Shown here one piece after another: positions 59,293 through 64,000 of a DNA stretch of 64,000 nt. The stretch is from positions 544,001 to 608,000 of the forward strand of contig CAVSHR010000005.1 of assembly GCA_963727625.1 (NCBI GenBank), written 5' to 3'. A program made the position numbers and the translations under genes. The notes under the pieces were generated by a model that saw nothing but the letters and a program-made list of their open reading frames with translations, was not told the DNA's origin and did no database searches. This DNA is from an uncultured delta proteobacterium (GTDB lineage Bacteria > Desulfobacterota > Binatia > UBA9968). Numbering within the stretch: the first letter of the stretch is position 1; every line of letters begins with the position of its first letter.

Positions 59293-61191
59293 CTAGCGCA
59301 TCCCGGCGCTCCGTATTTCCATTGCCGTTGGCAGCAAGAGTTGCTCGTGCGGCGCGTGGCTCTGTTTACGCGGCGCGGGGATTTGCAAAACAAACCTCGA
59401 CCCCTCGCCCGCGCGGCTTTCAACATGGATCTTCCCGCCGAGCAGGTCCATGTAAGTCTTGACGATGTAAAGCCCGAGCCCCACCCCGCCACGCGGCGCT
59501 CCAGTCTGAAGATCCTGCGCTTGACGAAACCTCTCAAAAATCGTCGAGATCCGCTCGTTTGCAATTCCAACTCCGGTGTCGGCGACCTTTAGCTCTAAGG
59601 CGCTCTTGAAACTTACGTACCGCGCCGTAATCGTTACCGTGCCATGTGCGGTAAATTTGATTGCATTGTTGATCAAATTATCGAGAATATGTCTGAGTTT
59701 GCCGCGGTCTAATCGTACCCACGGCAGGTCGGAGGGATAATCCCAGATCACTTTCACATCTTTTGCCAATGGAGCATCATAGATCGATCGTATCTCGGTC
59801 AAAAATTCCCAGAGATTGACCTCGTTGAGCTCCACATGCGGAACCTCGCTTTCCATGTTACTCACTTGCAGGACGGTATTGATCAGTCGACGCAGTTCTT
59901 TGGATTGTCTCGCGACCGTCTCGATCGCCTTTTCCTGAAGTGGCGTGATCTCTCCCAACAGCCCGTCCATAAACATATCCGCGTATCCGGTGATTACGTT
60001 CAACGGGCTTTTCAGCTGGGTCGAGACAACCCTTAAGAATTCATCTTTAATCTTGTGCGCGCCGCGCAGTTCTTCGGCTTGTCTCTGGCTTTGGTCGTAG
60101 AGCTCGGCATGGTGAATCGCAATCGCGGCTTGCCCCGCTAACGTCGACAGGAAGTCGATTTCCTCCTCACCGAACTCGTGGTTATCCCGCGCCAGAAAAA
60201 CCAAACAGCCGAGCCGCGCCTGGTTGGCGATCAAAGGCAAAGCGATAAAAGCCAACAGCCCTTCATTTTTAAATAAATCGAGGCTCTCAACCCGTGCGTC
60301 GGTAAAAACGTTGCTCACGATCAAAGGACGGTCGTCCTCGACAACCCGATCGACAAAAGCGAGAGATTCATCGGCGGTGCCGAGCTCTCGGGATTCAAAT
60401 CCGCACGCCGCGGCGGTTTCGATCGCTCCCGTGGCATGATTTCTCAACCGCACTATCGCCGCGGCGTAGGGCAAGTGAATCAGCGCCGTCTCAAGAAATA
60501 AGACAAGCAACTTTTGAGTGTCGATGGTCGAAGTGACCGCTAGGTTGACTTGATGGATGACCTCGATCCGCTCGCGTTGGCGACGAATTTCTTCAGCGAC
60601 CTTTTGCTGCCGCCGCGCTTGTTCTTCCTTTTCCCGTGCCACCCGCCGGATGCGCTCGACTTGGGCGAAGTAACCGTAGAAAAGCGAGATTACAAACGGA
60701 AACGGCAAACGCAAATAGACGCTCGGATTGACTGTCTCGGATGTGGAAAAAACGAAATAGCCATAGACCAGCGGCGCCAAGATGGTCACGGCCAATAGAC
60801 CGCGGATGTCGTTGCAAATACAACTGACGACCAGAGTGAAAAGGCAGGCAAGATAAAAATTCGGACTGGCTGTTCCAATCGTGCTCAAAACCGCCGCCAG
60901 GACGACCGTATCGAAAAGCAAGAGCGGACCATAAAAGTAGCGCGAATCAAAAAGATCGTCGGCGAGAAAATACAGCGTAGTGTGGCTCAGCAGATAGAGA
61001 ATCAGAACCGCCTGAACTTGCGTCGGCGTCAACCACTGACTCGGCGTATAGTAAAGTAAATAGGAAGAAAGAATGACCAACGGCCAGCGCAACCGTATGA
61101 CAGTATCTTTCTTGGCAGCATCAAACAGCCGGTCGATCTTCCACGAACGGCGCACAAAATATTCAGAATGAGCGGTTTGCGAAACAGCCAT
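59293..61191 (-). CDS. Membrane GAF-HisKA-HATPase sensor kinase-like protein lacking the phospho-His
   Basis: TM region, GAF (LAGQAAIAIHHAELY), H-box VSTQLKSPL, N box NLINNAIKFT, DTGVGI, IFERF, GVGLGL. Confidence 0.88.
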   Translation of the reverse strand: MAVSQTAHSEYFVRRSWKIDRLFDAAKKDTVIRLRWPLVILSSYLLYYTPSQWLTPTQVQAVLILYLLSHTTLYFLADDLFDSRYFYGPLLLFDTVVLAAVLSTIGTASPNFYLACLFTLVVSCICNDIRGLLAVTILAPLVYGYFVFSTSETVNPSVYLRLPFPFVISLFYGYFAQVERIRRVAREKEEQARRQQKVAEEIRRQRERIEVIHQVNLAVTSTIDTQKLLVLFLETALIHLPYAAAIVRLRNHATGAIETAAACGFESRELGTADESLAFVDRVVEDDRPLIVSNVFTDARVESLDLFKNEGLLAFIALPLIANQARLGCLVFLARDNHEFGEEEIDFLSTLAGQAAIAIHHAELYDQSQRQAEELRGAHKIKDEFLRVVSTQLKSPLNVITGYADMFMDGLLGEITPLQEKAIETVARQSKELRRLINTVLQVSNMESEVPHVELNEVNLWEFLTEIRSIYDAPLAKDVKVIWDYPSDLPWVRLDRGKLRHILDNLINNAIKFTAHGTVTITARYVSFKSALELKVADTGVGIANERISTIFERFRQAQDLQTGAPRGGVGLGLYIVKTYMDLLGGKIHVESRAGEGSRFVLQIPAPRKQSHAPHEQLLLPTAMEIRSAGMR

Positions 61192-61239
61192 CGGATCGAG
61201 AAATCAAAGTCCCTGAAACTTAACTTGATCTCACGAAGG

Positions 61240-61255
61240 TGCATATTATATGCCA
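61240..61255 (-). promoter_or_regulatory. Sigma-54 promoter for the pseudo-kinase
   Basis: Minus strand TGGCATATAATATGCA (GG-N10-GC), about 50 bp upstream; IHF-like TATCAGCAATTTA near 61307-61319. Confidence 0.6.
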
Positions 61256-61466
61256 CGACCGATAAGCACCCATTCACGCCTATCCGAAAGCGGCTTTACT
61301 CAAGGATATCAGCAATTTAAAGAATCGCAGGGAGAAAAATTTTAGTTCAATTCAAATCTGTACGGGACAATTTTGTAGCCGAGCCGGCGGGGTCCATCAC
61401 GCGCGGAAAATTGTCAGGATAAGTCTGGCAACTTGGAGTGGGTGAGTGATTTGCGAAAACCTTGCG

Positions 61467-61952
61467 TTAGCTCTGGCTCACGGTGCCGCTACGCTTTTCC
61501 TGCGCTGCGCGCACCGCCCGCAAAATATCCGCGTAGCCGGCGCAGCGGCAGAGGTTGCCAGCTAGATAGTCGCGGATCTCGTCATCGGTGGGATTGGGAG
61601 TTTCATCCAGTAGCGCCTTGACGGACAAGACAAAGCCCGGTGTGCAATAGGCGCACTGCAACGCCCGCTGTTCGACAAAGGCTTCTTGAATGCTGTCGAG
61701 CTTAGAACCATCGCCGAGACCCTCCAGCGTGGTGATCTTGCAGCCGGCGGTTCGTGCCGCGAGCAAGAGGCAACTGCTGACCGGGCGGCCATCCAACAGC
61801 ACCGTGCAACTGCCGCAGGCGCCCACGCCGCAACTTTCGCGCACGCTCCAGAGTTTCAGACGATCGCGCAAGACCTCCAAAAGGGTCTCGGCATCGCCAA
61901 TCTGCAGCATTTCAGCGCGATTGTTGACTCGGAGCGTGATTTCGCGATTCAT
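61467..61952 (-). CDS. [2Fe-2S] small subunit of a xanthine-dehydrogenase/CoxS-family enzyme
   Basis: CGVGACGSC..SC, QCAYCTPG, GNLCRC. Confidence 0.93.
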   Translation of the reverse strand: MNREITLRVNNRAEMLQIGDAETLLEVLRDRLKLWSVRESCGVGACGSCTVLLDGRPVSSCLLLAARTAGCKITTLEGLGDGSKLDSIQEAFVEQRALQCAYCTPGFVLSVKALLDETPNPTDDEIRDYLAGNLCRCAGYADILRAVRAAQEKRSGTVSQS

Positions 61953-62014
61953 ACAAAATTATCCTTTAGGTAGGCCTTGGCTTGTTTTGGCCGCCCGTTG
62001 CAAGAGTTCTCAGG

Positions 62015-62878
62015 TCATTGTTGACCGCTGTTCAACTGCTCCACGGCTTTTTTCACGAACAACCGAGCCATCCGGCGCTTGTACCATTCTGAACCTCTCA
62101 AATCAGAGAAAGGTGAAATTTGTTTTTCGACGATTTCGAGCATTCGGTCGATCAGAGCGTGGTCGATGGCTTGGTCTCGCGCGAATTCTAATCCGTCAAC
62201 TAACAGCGGCGTTGCAGCCACGCCTCCGAGCGCCAAGCGCAAATCTTGGCAACGACCATTTTCTCTGATTAAGAGCCCGGCCACTCCCAGACAGGGCCAG
62301 TCGTTGGCCGACAGCGCCGTATAACGCAGATAGGCGGACTGGCTGCCCTCCGGCATGAAAGGTACTTTGACATCGACCAAAATTTCCGCCGGATCTAATG
62401 CGGTTTCGTACATGCCGCGGAAAAAATTCTTGAGCGGAATAGTCCGCGAACCCTTGGGGCCAAAAACAGTGACCTCAGCACCGAGCACGAGCAGCGGCGG
62501 CGGCGGGTCGAGGCGATAGTCGGCATGGGCGAGGTTGCCCCCCACAGAGGCGGTTTGCCGCACCCGCACGTTGCCGATCTGGGCGAAGGCTTGAACTAGT
62601 GCTGGAAACGCTTGCCTAATGACGGCGGAAGTCTCCACCATGCGATGGGTCACGAGCGCGCCGATGCGCACGCCATCGGTTTCGCTTTTGATCTCGCCCA
62701 AGCCGGGGACCGATTGAAGATCGACTAAATAGGGATAGTGAAGCGCGCGCTGCTTCATCAAGACGACCAACGTCGTGCCGCCGCCAATTAGGCGGGCGTC
62801 ATCGCCATGCTTTTGCAGCAAATCCACGGCTTCCTGCACGGAGTGCGGTTGGAGTAAATCGAAGGAACAAATCGTCAT
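62015..62878 (-). CDS. FAD-binding medium subunit (CoxM/XdhB family)
   Basis: GGGTTL, IGALVT, RVRQTASVGGNL, DLRGS..YK. Confidence 0.9.
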   Translation of the reverse strand: MTICSFDLLQPHSVQEAVDLLQKHGDDARLIGGGTTLVVLMKQRALHYPYLVDLQSVPGLGEIKSETDGVRIGALVTHRMVETSAVIRQAFPALVQAFAQIGNVRVRQTASVGGNLAHADYRLDPPPPLLVLGAEVTVFGPKGSRTIPLKNFFRGMYETALDPAEILVDVKVPFMPEGSQSAYLRYTALSANDWPCLGVAGLLIRENGRCQDLRLALGGVAATPLLVDGLEFARDQAIDHALIDRMLEIVEKQISPFSDLRGSEWYKRRMARLFVKKAVEQLNSGQQ

Positions 62879-63044
62879 CGGTTGCCTCAAGGAGTCGCTG
62901 TTTTTCTATCCTTACACCGCTCTAGAATCAAGCATGCAAATTTTTGCACGGGGTCACCGGCCGGCGGAAATCTGCCGGCAAGTTCTCCGGTTGACAGGCG
63001 CAGCCAACTTTGAGATGAATCCGACTTAAAGGGAGGGCAAAACC

Positions 63045-63857
63045 ATGTTCGCAAGCATTCGACATATCGCGGTGATGACGGAGAATTGGGACCGGGAAGC
63101 GAAATTCTATCAGACCATTTTCGGCATGAAAAAAATAACCAACGGCATGACCGATGAAAAGGGCGAATACAACAAGGATCGCGGTCATCTGAGCGACGGG
63201 GTCATTGGCCTGGCACTGTTGCAACGTCAGCCAGGCTTTAAATCGGGCCTGGACCATTTCGGCTTTGCCGTCGAAGATGTGCAGGTCGTGCGCGATCGCA
63301 TCAAACAGTTTTATCCCGATGTTTACATCCATCAGAGCCAAAGCCATGTTCCGTTTGCCGGCCTGCGCGGACATGATCCCGACGGCAATCAGTACGACCT
63401 TTCGCAAAAAGGTATGGACAATGTTCGTGAAGGCTATGTCGAGTTCGGCTGGGAGCAGCCGCGCTGGATTAATCATATCTGTATTCGCAGCGGTCGCCCC
63501 GCTTACATCGCCGAGTTCTATCAGAAGGTCTTCGATCTCAAACCGGTGGAGGGCATGTCCGGCGACAACAGCTACTACCTTACCGACGGCAAGGTCGCTC
63601 TTGTAATCCGTCCCTGGGACATGGTCCAGTATCGTGGGCACATGGCCGGGTTAGATCACTTCGGCTACAAAGTCGACAATCTGGAGCAAACCAAGAAAGA
63701 TCTCGATAATCTCGCTAAATCGTCGCCAGCCTCGGCATACCGCAAGATCGCCATCGGCCGTGACGGTGAAACGCGCCAGAAAAATCTCGAAGGCTGTAGG
63801 CTCTGCAAGCAAAGCCTTTCGGATCCCGACGGTGTGCTGTTGGATCTGACCGACTGA
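63045..63857 (+). CDS. Two-domain VOC/glyoxalase protein
   Basis: IRHIA, GLDHFGF (twice), DPDGN, INHIC, DPDG. Confidence 0.85.
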   Translation: MFASIRHIAVMTENWDREAKFYQTIFGMKKITNGMTDEKGEYNKDRGHLSDGVIGLALLQRQPGFKSGLDHFGFAVEDVQVVRDRIKQFYPDVYIHQSQSHVPFAGLRGHDPDGNQYDLSQKGMDNVREGYVEFGWEQPRWINHICIRSGRPAYIAEFYQKVFDLKPVEGMSGDNSYYLTDGKVALVIRPWDMVQYRGHMAGLDHFGYKVDNLEQTKKDLDNLAKSSPASAYRKIAIGRDGETRQKNLEGCRLCKQSLSDPDGVLLDLTD

Positions 63858-63923
63858 AGGACCGGCGCACCGGTCGCGGCTAACTCCCGCTTACTTCGGG
63901 ACGCAAACCAGTTTGGAGGACAC

Positions 63924-64000
63924 GTGGAATTCGCCAATATCAATGACACCATGCGCACGGCGCACGACGAGAACAAGCGCTTCGTGCCACTCTTTGGTTC
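63924..64000 (+). CDS. Start of an unknown CDS (runs off the window edge)
   Basis: GGAGG RBS then GTG; open to the window end (VEFANINDTMRTAHDENKRFVPLFG). Confidence 0.5.
   Translation, partial: MEFANINDTMRTAHDENKRFVPLFG

Overview
Bacterial chromosomal window with moderately high GC. The expanded VOC, FAH, ornithine-cyclodeaminase, amidohydrolase and cupin families and the short 7-/9-mer intergenic repeats resemble Binatia/deltaproteobacteria-like genomes (inference, not a database result). Housekeeping genes (mazG, ssb, plsC-rnj-ftsK-lolA-rimO-dksA, hisF, trxB, moaC, rlmI-like, radC, serA, purA, ggt, addBA) alternate with accessory blocks. Main observations: (1) two copies of a two-gene cassette (lipoprotein + secreted paralog) flank a NarL-type two-component system, share a TA(A/C)GAC-N4-GTC(G/T)(T/A)A box upstream, and carry cassette-specific C-terminal tails; (2) a bicupin + EutA-like actin-fold ATPase operon with no eutBC, separated by a perfect 25-bp hairpin; (3) a ZMP/ZTP (pfl) riboswitch with terminator ahead of aminotransferase-serA-purA; (4) a His-less pseudo-histidine kinase behind a sigma-54 promoter; (5) a catabolic cluster built from paralog pairs (GcvT-like + 2 COG1233 flavoproteins, degenerate + intact FAH, 2 VOC, Cys-less isochorismatase). 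Several pseudogenes and an IS701-family remnant are present. No rRNA, tRNA or CRISPR array was seen. All family assignments come from motif recognition by eye.
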